From Gammaproteobacteria bacterium (GTDB taxonomy: Bacteria > Pseudomonadota > Gammaproteobacteria > Ga0077536), in contig CAXXLL010000002.1 in NCBI GenBank assembly GCA_963662545.2, positions 1,856,001 to 1,920,000 on the forward strand: a stretch of DNA of 64,000 nt, written 5' to 3'. Below the pieces are notes generated by a model. The model was not told where the DNA came from. It did no database searches and saw only the letters and a program-made list of their open reading frames with translations. How positions within the stretch are numbered: position 1 is the first letter of the stretch; each line of letters opens with the position of its first letter. Positions 47,722 through 58,803 of the stretch are shown piece after piece. Position numbers and translations under genes: made by a program.

Positions 47722-47750
47722 GGTATTCTGTTGACGTTTATGGACGGAGG

Positions 47751-48077
47751 CTAATTAGCGGCGTCGCCATCGGTCGTACCCAGTGACTCGTTGAGGTCGG
47801 CGAGCGCGCTGACGAGTAAGCCGTGTGCCTCACTGCTGGCTTCTCCCAGCGCGCGCATCGCACTAGCGAAGCCAGCGACTGAGCGATCGTGGGTTTCGAG
47901 TAACTGTTCGAGATGCGCGATTTCCGCCAACGAGCGCCGGCCTCCGTCGGTGTATTTTCGATTGAGTTCTTCGAGAGTATTGAAGTAGGCGTCCTTGCTA
48001 TTGAGCATCTCACAGTAGGCCCGCCACGCGGGCCGTGCGAGCTCCGGCAGATTGAGGCCGTGCTGCTCGATCGACAC
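47751..48077 (-). CDS. Hypothetical helical protein
   Basis: 108-aa ORF, GTG start 12 nt after the RRM gene stop; natural-looking composition. Confidence 0.65.
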   Translation of the reverse strand: MSIEQHGLNLPELARPAWRAYCEMLNSKDAYFNTLEELNRKYTDGGRRSLAEIAHLEQLLETHDRSVAGFASAMRALGEASSEAHGLLVSALADLNESLGTTDGDAAN

Positions 48078-48089
48078 CGCGCAGCCAAT

Positions 48090-48464
48090 TCAGCTGAAGA
48101 TTTTCTTGACGAAACCCATCAAGCCACCTGAGCGGGCGCGATCCGCTCCGCCGTTGCCGTTCGACCGCTGGCCGCGTTCATGTCCGGACCCGCCCTTGTG
48201 GCGCGACCGCGGCTTTTCATCCTTGGGCTGGGATTCGTCGACGCGTAGCTCACGTCCCTGGAAATCGGAACCGTTCAAAGTTTCGATCGCGTGGTGCCCG
48301 GCTTCCTCGTTCGCCATTTCCACGAAACCGTATCCTCTAGAGCGTTTCGTGCGTCGATCAATAATGACTTCAGCGGAGTCCACCTCGCCGAACTCCTCGA
48401 AGGCCTCGCGGAGTTCCTGACTCTTGACACTGTAGGGCAGATTGCCCACGTAGATGTTCATCAT
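48090..48464 (-). CDS. RRM-domain RNA-binding protein (RbpA-like)
   Basis: RNP2 IYVGNL, RNP1 RGYGFVEM, GRELRVDE; Gly/Arg-rich tail. Confidence 0.93.
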   Translation of the reverse strand: MMNIYVGNLPYSVKSQELREAFEEFGEVDSAEVIIDRRTKRSRGYGFVEMANEEAGHHAIETLNGSDFQGRELRVDESQPKDEKPRSRHKGGSGHERGQRSNGNGGADRARSGGLMGFVKKIFS

Positions 48465-48675
48465 GAGGATCCTTTACCTATACGCCGCCTTTTAAGCGCG
48501 TGATGGCGGCTTGTTGCGTTCGAGTTTCGCTGTCGTAAAGACGGGGCAGGCTCCACTGCCTGCTTTGCGCCCCTGCCACTAACTAGGTGGCTCTATTTGC
48601 CGGCGCCGTACATGCGCCGGCCGTCGGCCGGCCGAATTCAAGCATATGCCGAGCACGCGCGCAAACCCCTCGTCG

Positions 48676-49473
48676 TTACGCAACCTGGTGCAGATGGACG
48701 TCGGCTTGAGGAAATGGAATTTTAATACCTTCCACGTCGAAACGTTTTTTTAAGGCTTCGTGGAGATCGAAGGTGACCGGCCAGTACTCTTCGCCGTCGA
48801 CCCACGGCCGCACCGCGAAATTAACGCTGCTGTCGGCGAGCTCGAGAACGCCGATGCTCGCCACCGGGTCTTTAAGCACCCGCTGATCGGCCGCGAGCAC
48901 CTCCTCGATGACTTTTCTGACCTTGTCGAGGTCGTCGCCGTATCCCACGGACACGACGAGATCGATGCGGCGGGTCGACTGCGCCGAATAATTCACGATG
49001 GTACCGCCGACGATTCCGGCATTTGGCACGATGACGGTCTTGTTGTCAGCGGTGAGAATCTGCGTGGTGAAGATTTCGACCTCTTCGACGGTACCCGAGG
49101 TACCGCCCGCCTCGATGAAATCTCCAATTTTGAACGGCCGAAAAGTGACCAGCAGCACGCCCGAGGCCAGATTGGACAGTGAGCCCTGAAACGCCAGGGC
49201 GATGGCGAGGCCGGCTGCACCGAGGATGGCAACGAAAGAAGCGGTCTGTATTCCCAGTTGTCCGAGCGCCGCGATGACGATGAAGGCGAGCAGACCGACG
49301 CGTACGACATTAGCGCTGAAATTGACCAGTATCGAATCGACGCCGCGCTTCTCGAGAAGCGTACGCGTGATGCCTGTCACCTTCGAGGCGACCCAGCGCC
49401 CAAGGTAAAAAATCGCAGCGGCCAGGGCGATGTTGACGATGAATCCCATGATCGTGTCACCTAGTCCATCCAT
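48676..49473 (-). CDS. mscS: Small-conductance mechanosensitive channel
   Basis: LGAAGLAIALAFQGSLSNLASGV, RPFKIGDFI, NYS, RRIDL, IPFPQ. Confidence 0.93.
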   Translation of the reverse strand: MDGLGDTIMGFIVNIALAAAIFYLGRWVASKVTGITRTLLEKRGVDSILVNFSANVVRVGLLAFIVIAALGQLGIQTASFVAILGAAGLAIALAFQGSLSNLASGVLLVTFRPFKIGDFIEAGGTSGTVEEVEIFTTQILTADNKTVIVPNAGIVGGTIVNYSAQSTRRIDLVVSVGYGDDLDKVRKVIEEVLAADQRVLKDPVASIGVLELADSSVNFAVRPWVDGEEYWPVTFDLHEALKKRFDVEGIKIPFPQADVHLHQVA

Positions 49474-49610
49474 ATCAGTTTCCCCTTTCCCATTTTCGAG
49501 TGTAAATGGTCAAGCGATAGTGACGAGCAGCCATCAGCGCATGCCGTACCCGTTCCGTGTTGTGATGCAGTGGTGGCAGCGGACGCCAGGCCGCCGGCCC
49601 GGTTCTAGAG

Positions 49611-50837
49611 TCAAGCCATGAACGCCTGAATCCCCGTCTGGGCGCGCCCCAGGATCAAGGCGTGAACGTCGTGCGTACCCTCGTAGGTGTTCACCGCTTC
49701 GAGGTTTAGCATGTGTCGGATGACGTGGAATTCGTCCGAAATGCCATTGCCGCCATGCATGTCTCTGGCGGTTCGCGCGATGTCGAGTGCCTTACCACAA
49801 TTATTACGCTTGATCAGCGAAATAGCCTCCGGCGCGCCGCGACCGCCGTCGATCATGCGCCCGACCCGCAGCGCGGCCTGGTAGCCGAGCGCGATCTCCG
49901 TCTGCATGTCGGCGAGCTTCTTCTGAATCAACTGATTGGCGGCCAGCGGCCGGCCGAACTGCTGACGATCCAATGTATAACGGAGCGATGCCCGCCAACA
50001 GAACTCCGCCGCGCCCATCACACCCCAGGCGATGCCGTAGCGCGCCCGGTTGAGACATCCAAAGGGCCCGCTCAGTCCAGCGGCCTTAGGTAGCAGGTTC
50101 TCTTCGGGCACGAATACATCGTCCATCACGATCTCGCCGGTAATCGATGCGCGCAACGAGAATTTGCCTTCGATCTTGGGCGCGCTCAAGCCCTCCATAC
50201 CTTTTTCCAGCACGAAGCCGCGGATCACGCCGTTTTCGGTCTTGGCCCACACCAGGAAAACATCGGCGATGGGAGAATTGGAAATCCACATTTTGTTGCC
50301 GGTGATCAAATAGCCGCCCTCGACCCGTCGCGCCCGCGATTTCATACCGCCCGGGTCCGAGCCATGATCAGGTTCGGTCAAACCGAAACATCCGACCCAT
50401 TCGCCACGGGCGAGCTTGGGCAGGAACTTCATACGCTGCGCCTCGGTGCCGTAGGCATAGATCGGATGCATTACGAGGCTGGATTGCACGCTCATCGCCG
50501 AGCGGTAGCCCGAATCGACGCGTTCCACCTCGCGCGCAATCAATCCATAACAGACGTAACTCAGGCCCGCACCGCCATACTGTTCCGGGATAGTGGCGCC
50601 GAGAAAACCGTGCTCGCCGAATTCATCCATGATCGCGCGATCGAAATGCTCGTGGCGATGCGCCTCGAGCACGCGCGGCATCAAACGCTCCTGACAAAAT
50701 TCATGTGCAGCCGCGCTGGTCAGGCGTTCGTCTTCGATCAGTTGATCGTGCAATCCCAGGGGGTCTTCCCAGTCGAAGCGGGCCTCCGCCGTCGCTTTGA
50801 CTGTATCGCCCGGATCCGGAGCGCTCGCACTCATCAT
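49611..50837 (-). CDS. gcdH: Glutaryl-CoA dehydrogenase
   Basis: [54 protein letters not shown]. Confidence 0.93.
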   Translation of the reverse strand: MMSASAPDPGDTVKATAEARFDWEDPLGLHDQLIEDERLTSAAAHEFCQERLMPRVLEAHRHEHFDRAIMDEFGEHGFLGATIPEQYGGAGLSYVCYGLIAREVERVDSGYRSAMSVQSSLVMHPIYAYGTEAQRMKFLPKLARGEWVGCFGLTEPDHGSDPGGMKSRARRVEGGYLITGNKMWISNSPIADVFLVWAKTENGVIRGFVLEKGMEGLSAPKIEGKFSLRASITGEIVMDDVFVPEENLLPKAAGLSGPFGCLNRARYGIAWGVMGAAEFCWRASLRYTLDRQQFGRPLAANQLIQKKLADMQTEIALGYQAALRVGRMIDGGRGAPEAISLIKRNNCGKALDIARTARDMHGGNGISDEFHVIRHMLNLEAVNTYEGTHDVHALILGRAQTGIQAFMA

Positions 50838-51262
50838 TTCGTCCTCCGCGTGGCAGTGAACCGCACCGGTTTATGCTCCCGGCGGGCTTGGGACTATAGC
50901 ATTTAGCCGGTAAGCGGAGACCGCTTCGTCGCTAAAGATACCCGGGCACTCAAGTCCCCGAAGGCGCGTCAATTCAGCCTTAAAACTCCTCCTAAAGCCG
51001 CTGATTCGACTACTGCTAGGTGCGCGCCAGCTTTGTCAACCAAATGTTTATTGATAATATCCGCGTCTCGAATCAAGCTTTGGAAACGCCGCGGGAGTGA
51101 ACGCCCGGATTCAGCGATGAAGGGCCTAGCGAGGCCGGCGCCGTTCTGCAATCGCCATTGGATACGCAGCGCAGAAGAGCGGGCTCATGCCAAGCCTGCC
51201 CCTTAGCCGCGGATGCAGTTGCGTTTGGTTCGCGCGTAAGAACGACAGATTTGGAGGACATG

Positions 51263-52012
51263 ATGAAGATCCTTGTGGCCGTGAAACGAGCCATCGACTA
51301 CAACGTCAAGGCACGCCCCAAATCAGACGGTTCGGCGGTCGACCTGGCCAACGTCAAGATGTCGATGAACCCGTTTGACGAGATTGCCGTCGAAGAAGCC
51401 CTGCGCATCCAGGAGGCCGGTAACGCAGAGGAAACGATCGCCGTCTCCATCGGGCCCAAGCAATGCCAGGAAACGCTCCGTACCGCGATGGCCATGGGCA
51501 TGGATCGCTCCATCCTGGTCGAAACCGACGTGGACGTGCAACCGCTGGCGGCGGCCAAGATCCTCAAGGCGGTGGTGGAAAAGGAAGAGCCTGGACTGGT
51601 CATCCTCGGTAAGCAGGCGATCGATGACGACTCGAACCAGACCGGACAGATGCTGGCGGCCTTGTTAGGGTGGTCGCAGGGCACGTTTGCGTGCACGGTC
51701 GAACTCGCGGGCGATTCCGTCAAGGTCTCGCGTGAAATCGACGGCGGCATACAGACGGTCAAGCTGGTGATGCCGGCGGTGGTGACTTCCGATCTGCGCC
51801 TCAATGAACCGCGTTACGTCAAGCTCCCGAATATCATGAAAGCCAAGAAAAAGCCGATGGATATCTTGACGCCCGATGATCTCGGCGTCGACGTGACGCC
51901 GCGGCTCACCATCCTGAAGGTCTCCGAACCGCCGGCGCGCGAGGGTGGCGTAAAGGTGCAAGACGTCGCCGAACTCGTCGACAAACTGCGCAACGAAGCG
52001 AAGGTGATTTGA
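51263..52012 (+). CDS. etfB: Electron transfer flavoprotein beta subunit
   Basis: [37 protein letters not shown]; GGAGG RBS. Confidence 0.95.
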   Translation: MKILVAVKRAIDYNVKARPKSDGSAVDLANVKMSMNPFDEIAVEEALRIQEAGNAEETIAVSIGPKQCQETLRTAMAMGMDRSILVETDVDVQPLAAAKILKAVVEKEEPGLVILGKQAIDDDSNQTGQMLAALLGWSQGTFACTVELAGDSVKVSREIDGGIQTVKLVMPAVVTSDLRLNEPRYVKLPNIMKAKKKPMDILTPDDLGVDVTPRLTILKVSEPPAREGGVKVQDVAELVDKLRNEAKVI

Positions 52013-52013
52013 C

Positions 52014-52949
52014 ATGAGCGTACTCGTGATAGCCGATCACAAAGACGGCGAACTCGTTCCCGCGACCTTGAATGCCATCGCCGCAGCCGTAGCGATCGAC
52101 CCGCAGGTCGCCGTTCTGGTTGCAGGCGAGGCGTGTCAGGCCGTAGCTGAAACACTCGCAACTGTCGCGGGCGTCAACAAGGTGCTGCTCGCCGAAGCAA
52201 CACATTACGCCCACTCGCTGGCCGAGAACGTAGCCCCCCTGGTCGTAAGTCTCGCAGCCGGCTACGAACACGTGCTCGCGGCCGCGACCACCACGGGCAA
52301 GAATCTGATGCCGCGCGTTGCGGCACTGCTCGATGTCGCGCAAATTTCGGACATCATCGGAATCGAATCGGGCGATACTTTTACGCGCCCGATCTATGCC
52401 GGCAACATCATCGCGACCGTCAAGAGCAGCGACGCGAAAAAGGTCATCACCGTGAGAACCACGGCGTTCGATCCACCGCTTTCCGAAGGTGGCACTGCGT
52501 CCATCGAGAACATCGATGCAGTGGCCGATGCGGGTTTATCGGCATTCGTCGACGAAGATCTGACCAAGTCCGATCGTCCCGAATTGACCGCCGCCGATAT
52601 CATCGTCTCGGGCGGACGCGGGGTCGGCAGTTCGGAGAACTTCGCCATCATCGAGCAATTGGCGGATAAACTCGGCGCTGCCGTCGGGGCGTCGCGTGCG
52701 GCCGTCGACGCCGGATACGTACCGAACGATTATCAGGTCGGGCAGACGGGTAAGGTCGTCGCGCCGGAGTTATACATCGCCGTCGGTATTTCCGGCGCGA
52801 TACAGCACCTCGCGGGCATGAAGGACAGCAAGGTCATCGTTGCGATCAACAAGGACGAAGAGGCGCCGATCTTCGGTGTCGCCGATTACGGCCTGGTCGG
52901 AGATCTGTTCAAGGAAGTGCCGGCCATGGTCGAGGCCCTCGAGGACTAG
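52014..52949 (+). CDS. etfA: Electron transfer flavoprotein alpha subunit
   Basis: [31 protein letters not shown]. Confidence 0.95.
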   Translation: MSVLVIADHKDGELVPATLNAIAAAVAIDPQVAVLVAGEACQAVAETLATVAGVNKVLLAEATHYAHSLAENVAPLVVSLAAGYEHVLAAATTTGKNLMPRVAALLDVAQISDIIGIESGDTFTRPIYAGNIIATVKSSDAKKVITVRTTAFDPPLSEGGTASIENIDAVADAGLSAFVDEDLTKSDRPELTAADIIVSGGRGVGSSENFAIIEQLADKLGAAVGASRAAVDAGYVPNDYQVGQTGKVVAPELYIAVGISGAIQHLAGMKDSKVIVAINKDEEAPIFGVADYGLVGDLFKEVPAMVEALED

Positions 52950-52959
52950 GAGCTAGCGC

Positions 52960-54588
52960 TTGGCACGAGAAGCGATGGAATTCGACGTCGTCATAGTCGG
53001 CGGCGGCCCGTCCGGTCTCGCCGCGGCGATCCGGCTGCGTCAACTCGCCGTCCAAGCCGATCACGAGCTCAGCGTATGCGTGCTCGAAAAGGGGTCGGAA
53101 ATCGGCGCGCATATCCTCTCTGGCGCCGTGATCAGTCCCCGCGCACTGAACGAACTCATTCCCGACTGGAAGGATAAGGGCGCGCCGCTGAATACGCCGG
53201 CGACGCAGGATCGCTTTTACGTACTAACCCAAAAGCGCGCGATCCGCTTCCCCTTACCGCCGCAGATGAAAAACCACGGCAACTACATCGTGAGTCTCGG
53301 CAACGTATGCCGGTGGCTGGGTGAACAGGCCGAGGCGCTCGGGGTCGAGGTTTATCCCGGATTCGCCGCCGCCGAGATCTTGTACCGCGAAGACGACAGC
53401 GTCAAAGGCGTGGCGACGGGGGACATGGGCCGCACCCGCGACGGTGAAGAAGGCCCGAATTTCGAACGTGGCATGGAACTGCACGCACGCCAAACCCTGT
53501 TTGCGGAGGGCTGCCACGGGTCGCTGACGAAAACCCTGTTCAAGCGATTCGGGTTGACCGAAGGCGTCGACCCGCAGGTGTATGGGCTCGGCATCAAGGA
53601 ATTGTGGGAGATCGAGCCGGTTAAGCACGTGGCGGGCCAGATCACCCACACCTCGGGATGGCCGATGGACCACGCGACCTACGGCGGTTCCTGGGTCTAT
53701 CACCTCGAGGATAATCTGGTGTCGGTCGGTTTCGTCGTCGGTCTCAATTATCACAATCCGTATTTGAGCCCGTTTGAGGAAATGCAGCGGTTTAAAACAC
53801 ACCCGGCGGTCCGCAATCAATTCGAAGGGGGCAGACGCCTGGCCTATGGCGCCCGCGCGATCAGTACCGGCGGATTCCAGTCGATCCCCAAGCTGAGTTT
53901 TCCCGGCGGGCTACTCATCGGTGATTGCGCGGGATTCTTGAATGTCCCCAAGATCAAGGGCACGCACAGCGCGATGAAATCCGGCATGACGGCCGCCGAA
54001 GCCGTCTTCGATGCGCTTAAAAGCGGCGGCGACGTCCGGGAAATCACTGAGTACCGGGAGCGCCTGGAGCAGACCTGGTTGTGGGACGAGTTGCATCGGG
54101 TACGAAATGTGAAACCTTCGTTTCATTGGGGTCTGTTTCCGGCACTGGCCTACTCGGCGTTGGATACCGTCGTGCTCCGTGGCAAAGCACCGTGGACGCT
54201 GCACCACAAACCCGACCACGAAGGCTTGCAAACGGCGGCGGCATGCCAACCCATCGACTACCCGAATCCGGATGGGATCTTGACTTTCGACAAGCTCTCC
54301 TCAGTGTTCCTGTCCAACACCAACCATGAAGAAGACCAACCCTGCCACCTGGAACTCATCGACGAAAACATCCCTGTTTCGTTCAACCTGGCCGAGTATG
54401 CCGGGCCCGAAGAACGATATTGTCCCGCGGGTGTCTATGAATTCGTCAAAGAAGACGGCCAATCGCGGCTGCAGATCAATGCGCAGAACTGCGTGCATTG
54501 CAAGAGCTGCGACATCAAGGACTTGAAACAGAACATCAACTGGGTCACCCCTGAGGGCGGCGGCGGACCTAACTATCCGAATATGTAA
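52960..54588 (+). CDS. ETF-ubiquinone oxidoreductase
   Basis: [16 protein letters not shown]-terminal 4Fe-4S CPAGVYE...[18 protein letters not shown]; TTG start. Confidence 0.95.
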   Translation: MAREAMEFDVVIVGGGPSGLAAAIRLRQLAVQADHELSVCVLEKGSEIGAHILSGAVISPRALNELIPDWKDKGAPLNTPATQDRFYVLTQKRAIRFPLPPQMKNHGNYIVSLGNVCRWLGEQAEALGVEVYPGFAAAEILYREDDSVKGVATGDMGRTRDGEEGPNFERGMELHARQTLFAEGCHGSLTKTLFKRFGLTEGVDPQVYGLGIKELWEIEPVKHVAGQITHTSGWPMDHATYGGSWVYHLEDNLVSVGFVVGLNYHNPYLSPFEEMQRFKTHPAVRNQFEGGRRLAYGARAISTGGFQSIPKLSFPGGLLIGDCAGFLNVPKIKGTHSAMKSGMTAAEAVFDALKSGGDVREITEYRERLEQTWLWDELHRVRNVKPSFHWGLFPALAYSALDTVVLRGKAPWTLHHKPDHEGLQTAAACQPIDYPNPDGILTFDKLSSVFLSNTNHEEDQPCHLELIDENIPVSFNLAEYAGPEERYCPAGVYEFVKEDGQSRLQINAQNCVHCKSCDIKDLKQNINWVTPEGGGGPNYPNM

Positions 54589-54589
54589 T

Positions 54590-54859
54590 TAGAACCTATC
54601 TCAAAATTATCCGCGTGTGCGCCGGGAGCGATTTTCGCGGAGTATCAAGGCGCGAGGAACGTGGTCTAGTGACGCTAATTGAGTGACGAGCAACGCCGAA
54701 ATGCGCGAAAATAGCCCCCGGCCCGCAGGGTTGCGCCCTGAAAGCGCGCTTGCTTCGTTACAGCGCTTGTACATAGAGCAACTCAGCCCTGCGCACCGCG
54801 CCTCGCCATCACGCTTTCAGGGCACAACGCACACGCGGATAATTTTGAGATAGGTTCTA
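54590..54859. mobile_element. MITE-like element (family B), 270 bp, perfect 32-bp terminal inverted repeats
   Basis: TAGAACCTATCTCAAAATTATCCGCGTGTGCG ... CGCACACGCGGATAATTTTGAGATAGGTTCTA; TA at both ends; internal hairpins. Confidence 0.88.
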
Positions 54860-54863
54860 GTCC

Positions 54864-55187
54864 ATGCCGAAAGTCACCTACCGCCAGATCGACGGCCGCG
54901 AAGACACGATCGATGTTCCGCTCGGTTGGAGCCTCATGGAAGCAGCGGTGCAGAATGATATCGCCGGGATCGTCGCCGAATGTGGCGGCGGCTGTGCCTG
55001 CGCCACCTGCCACGTGTACATCGACGGCGACAAGGCCTCGATGCTGCCCGAAATAGGGGACATGGAAGGCGACATGCTCGAGTGCACGGCAGCCGATCGC
55101 AGAACCGAATCCCGTCTGAGCTGCCAGTTAAAAATGACCGAAGAACTCGACGGCCTCGTAGTCGAAATTCCCGAACGCCAAACGTGA
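54864..55187 (+). CDS. 2Fe-2S ferredoxin (putidaredoxin/adrenodoxin type)
   Basis: CGGGCACATCH and SRLSCQ. Confidence 0.93.
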   Translation: MPKVTYRQIDGREDTIDVPLGWSLMEAAVQNDIAGIVAECGGGCACATCHVYIDGDKASMLPEIGDMEGDMLECTAADRRTESRLSCQLKMTEELDGLVVEIPERQT

Positions 55188-55257
55188 CGCCTGCGTCCAT
55201 TTTTTCACTCGCTTGATCTCAGTAGACCCGCCGAAATCTGTCAGGGTGGGTGGAGCT

Positions 55258-55917
55258 TCATAGGAAAGTCATCTCCGGCACTTGTTCAGGCACGCGCATT
55301 TCGCCCGCCGTCCTGGCCACGATCTCGTCGACGGACACACCCGGCGCACGTTCCTTGAGATGGAACTTCCCGCCTTCGATTTCCAGATAGGCCAGATCCG
55401 TAACGACCCGATGTATGCACTCGGCACCGGTCAGCGGCAGCGTGCATTGTGGCAGCAGCTTGGAATTTCCGTTGCGATCGGCGTGGGTCATGGTCACGAT
55501 GATGTTGTTCGCGCTGGCGACAAGATCCATGGCACCGCCCATGCCCTTGACCATCTTGCCCGGAATCATCCACGAGGCGATGTTACCGTGCACGTCGACC
55601 TCGAACGCGCCGAGCACCGTGAGGTCCACGTGTCCACCGCGAATCATTTCGAATGACTCGGCGGACGAAAAAATCGACGCCCCGTCGATCGCCGTGACGG
55701 TCTGTTTGCCCGCGTTGATCATGTCGGCGTCCACCTGGTCCTCGCTAGGGAACGGGCCCATGCCCAACAACCCGTTCTCGGACTGCAGCATCACCTCGAT
55801 TCCCGCCGGTATGTAATTCGACACCAGAGTCGGTATGCCGATGCCCAGATTGACGTAGTAGCCGTCGTGCAGTTCCTGCGCGACGCGCCTGGCCATTTGG
55901 TCTCTTGTCAATGCCAT
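55258..55917 (-). CDS. scoB: 3-oxoacid CoA-transferase subunit B
   Basis: [27 protein letters not shown]. Confidence 0.92.
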   Translation of the reverse strand: MALTRDQMARRVAQELHDGYYVNLGIGIPTLVSNYIPAGIEVMLQSENGLLGMGPFPSEDQVDADMINAGKQTVTAIDGASIFSSAESFEMIRGGHVDLTVLGAFEVDVHGNIASWMIPGKMVKGMGGAMDLVASANNIIVTMTHADRNGNSKLLPQCTLPLTGAECIHRVVTDLAYLEIEGGKFHLKERAPGVSVDEIVARTAGEMRVPEQVPEMTFL

Positions 55918-55921
55918 GTCT

Positions 55922-56629
55922 CTATTCCTGCGTCTCGGTGACCGTGCGAAATTCGATGCGTTTTTCGAATTCGCCCTGGATGAGGCGGTTTACGTATATG
56001 CCCGGCGTATGAATCGTGTTTGGGTCCAGCTCACCCGGCTCGACGATTTCTTCAACTTCCATGACGGTAATCTTGCCCGCCATGGCCGCCATCGGATTGA
56101 AGTTTCGCGCGGTGTTGCGGTATATGGCATTGCCAAAGCGGTCCGCCTTCCACGCCTTGACGAGGGCAAAATCGCCGCGGATGGCGCGCTCCATGACGTA
56201 GTGCCGCCCGTCGAATTCTCGCGTTTCCTTGCCTTGGGCGATCTGGGTGCCATAGCCCGTCGGCGTAAAAAAAGCGGGGATGCCTGCGCCGCCAGCGCGT
56301 ATGCGCTCGGCCAGGGTGCCCTGGGGGACGAGCTCCACATTGATCTCGCCAGCGAGCAGCAACTCTTCGAACAGCTTGTTCTCGCCGACATAGGAACCCA
56401 TGACATTTTTGATCTGCCGTTCCGCGAACAAAATACCAAGCCCGAAATCGTCCACACCGCAGTTATTCGAGACCACCGTCAAGTTCTTAACGCCCGACTT
56501 GCGCACCTGGGCGATGAGGTTTTCCGGTATGCCGCACAGACCGAATCCACCGGCGATGATCATCATGCCGTCCGCGATGCCGGCTAGCGCTTCCTCGTAA
56601 CTGGCAACTACTTTGTCGAAACCAGACAT
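55922..56629 (-). CDS. scoA: 3-oxoacid CoA-transferase subunit A
   Basis: [38 protein letters not shown]. Confidence 0.92.
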   Translation of the reverse strand: MSGFDKVVASYEEALAGIADGMMIIAGGFGLCGIPENLIAQVRKSGVKNLTVVSNNCGVDDFGLGILFAERQIKNVMGSYVGENKLFEELLLAGEINVELVPQGTLAERIRAGGAGIPAFFTPTGYGTQIAQGKETREFDGRHYVMERAIRGDFALVKAWKADRFGNAIYRNTARNFNPMAAMAGKITVMEVEEIVEPGELDPNTIHTPGIYVNRLIQGEFEKRIEFRTVTETQE

Positions 56630-56805
56630 GGGCTATTCACCTATTATTGTGGTAAGTGGAGTGCTACCCGGCCATTGGACCACAGGTATGTTAGGTTTTC
56701 CTCGACCTGAAAAGAACCAGGTTGAAGAAGAGCAGATTTACTGACGATTAGATTGTGACAACACGCTTTGCCCAGTGCCAAACTTGGAGTTCAGTCGATA
56801 CGTTG

Positions 56806-57010
56806 CTAAGTCCGGCAGGCTGCTAGTTAGTGTCCATGCAAAAACGTCGATATTTCTCTCGCAAAGACGCAAAGAAAGCAGTTAGTATAATTTTGATAAC
56901 GATCACTTATCACTTTGCCATCTTTGCGTCATGGCGAGAGTTGTTCTTTCTGGACGGATACTAACAAGATGTCAAAGTCACGATTCTTCCTAAGTCCTGC
57001 ACGCTGCTAG
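56806..57010. repeat. Two family-A MITE end remnants flanking a 20-bp inverted repeat
   Basis: CTAAGTCCGGCAGGCTGCTAG (56806-56826) and TTCCTAAGTCCTGCACGCTGCTAG (56987-57010) resemble the 18388-18600 termini; CTCTCGCAAAGACGCAAAGA / TCTTTGCGTCATGGCGAGAG (56856-56940, 18/20). Confidence 0.65.
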
Positions 57011-57014
57011 CACT

Positions 57015-58238
57015 ATGTCCAACCCCCCCGTCGTCGTGATCGGTGCCGGACAGGCAGGCATGCAGATCTGCGATTCGCTCAGAAAAAGCGGCTACGAAGG
57101 CGGCCTCGTTCTCGTGGGTGAAGAACCGGCCCTGCCGTACCAACGACCACCCCTTTCCAAGCAGTTCTTGACGGGCTCCCTGGATCCTGAGCGCCTGCAA
57201 TTCAGGCCGGCTGCCTATTACGCGAAAAACGCCGTCGATCTGCGCCTGGACCAACGCGTTGTCGCCATTGACCGGCAGCGGCGTTGCGTCGAACTCGCCG
57301 GCAATGACATCATCGCCTACGAAAAACTCGCTTTGGCGACCGGCACGCGGGTGCGCTTCTTACAGTGTGCGGGTGCCGAGCTCGACGGAGTTCACTACAT
57401 CAGGACCCTGGAAGATTCACGGCACCTCAGGGATTGTTTAGCGACGGCGCGGCGCGTCGCCGTCATCGGCGGCGGATTCATTGGCCTTGAAGTAGCAGCC
57501 ATTGCTCGGGCCTTGGGTAAGACGGTGATCGTCGTCGAAGCGATGGAACGCTTGATGGCGCGGGCCCTCTCCCCGATCGTGTCCGAGTTCTACGCAAAGC
57601 TGCACCGGGAACGCGGTGTTGAACTGCTGCTGGAGCAAACGGTGCAGTCAATCCGCCGCGACAACGGATCGCTCTTGATCGAAACCGGTGACGGCAGGTC
57701 GCTTAAAGCCGACATCATCGTCGCCGGAATCGGGGTCGTGCCAAACGTGGAACTGGCCGAGGAATGCGGACTCGAGTGCCGCAACGGGATCGTGGTGGAC
57801 TCGCGCGCCCGCACCCTTGATCCTAATATCGTCGCAGCGGGAGACTGCACCATGCATCACAACGGCTTTCTCGAACGCGAGATCCGGCTCGAGTCCGTAC
57901 AGAACGCGGTCGATCAGGCGAAGGTCGCGGCCGCAACGCTGTGCGGCGAAGACAAAATCTATCACCGGGTGCCCTGGTTCTGGTCCGATCAATACGACAT
58001 AAAACTGCAGATGGCAGGGGTTGGGACACCTCACGACGAACATGTCGTCCGAGGTGAGATCGGCGTCGACGGCTTTTCCGTGTTCTACTATCGGAACGGG
58101 CGGTTGATCGCGGCCGATTCCATCAATCGCCCGGCCGACCACATGGCGTGCCGCAAGCTGCTTGAGAAAGGAAAGTCCTTGACCTTGGATGAGGCCGGCG
58201 ATTTAGAATTCAACTTGGTGCAGGCGGCGAAGACCTGA
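57015..58238 (+). CDS. FAD-dependent ferredoxin reductase (putidaredoxin reductase-like)
   Basis: GAGQAG, YQRPPLSK, GGGFIGLE, AAGD, RLESVQNA, PWFWSDQY. Confidence 0.93.
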   Translation: MSNPPVVVIGAGQAGMQICDSLRKSGYEGGLVLVGEEPALPYQRPPLSKQFLTGSLDPERLQFRPAAYYAKNAVDLRLDQRVVAIDRQRRCVELAGNDIIAYEKLALATGTRVRFLQCAGAELDGVHYIRTLEDSRHLRDCLATARRVAVIGGGFIGLEVAAIARALGKTVIVVEAMERLMARALSPIVSEFYAKLHRERGVELLLEQTVQSIRRDNGSLLIETGDGRSLKADIIVAGIGVVPNVELAEECGLECRNGIVVDSRARTLDPNIVAAGDCTMHHNGFLEREIRLESVQNAVDQAKVAAATLCGEDKIYHRVPWFWSDQYDIKLQMAGVGTPHDEHVVRGEIGVDGFSVFYYRNGRLIAADSINRPADHMACRKLLEKGKSLTLDEAGDLEFNLVQAAKT

Positions 58239-58371
58239 CTGGGTTTTGAAAAATGTTCCCTAAGCGTTTTTCGCCGGCCCGTCAACACAGTACGAAAACT
58301 GCGCCGGGGGTAAGAGGCACGATTATGCAAACGACGCAGAACATTGGATCATTCGGAGAGGATCATAGTCA

Positions 58372-58692
58372 ATGCCCAAAATAACCTACGTGGACACCAA
58401 CGAAGAGCGTCACGAATGTGATGTCAGCGCCGGTATTTCAGTCATGGAAGGCGCCATCCAGAACGATATTGCCGGAATATTGGCTATTTGCGGCGGCAGT
58501 TGCGCGTGCAGTACCTGTCATTCCTATATCGACGAGGCGTGGCTGGATGCGGTGGGGAAGCCGGACGACATCGAGGATTCGACTCTCGAACTCGCTTTGG
58601 ACCGCAAACCCAACTCTCGCCTGACCTGCCAGATCGAAGTCACTGATGCGCTCGACGGTCTGGTGGTCTACGTCGCGAATAATGACGGGTGA
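58372..58692 (+). CDS. 2Fe-2S ferredoxin (putidaredoxin type)
   Basis: CGGSCACSTCH and SRLTCQ; GAGG RBS. Confidence 0.93.
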   Translation: MPKITYVDTNEERHECDVSAGISVMEGAIQNDIAGILAICGGSCACSTCHSYIDEAWLDAVGKPDDIEDSTLELALDRKPNSRLTCQIEVTDALDGLVVYVANNDG

Positions 58693-58803
58693 GCGCTATG
58701 GCGCCGGCCGCTTCGCAATCGAAAATCCCAATTGCTCACAGGAGACGATCGGGAAGCGGCGTTCTGGATTGCACCGCATAAAACCTCGACACAGCCCAGG
58801 CCC

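Noticed and set aside
43255-47750. Integron cassette array (attC sites)
   Set aside because: No paired RYYYAAC...GTTRRRY core sites were found after the ORFs, the genes are in mixed orientation, and there is no intI.
58310-58332. Sigma-54 promoter GGCACGATTATGC before the ferredoxin
   Set aside because: GG-GC spacing is 9 nt rather than the required 10.
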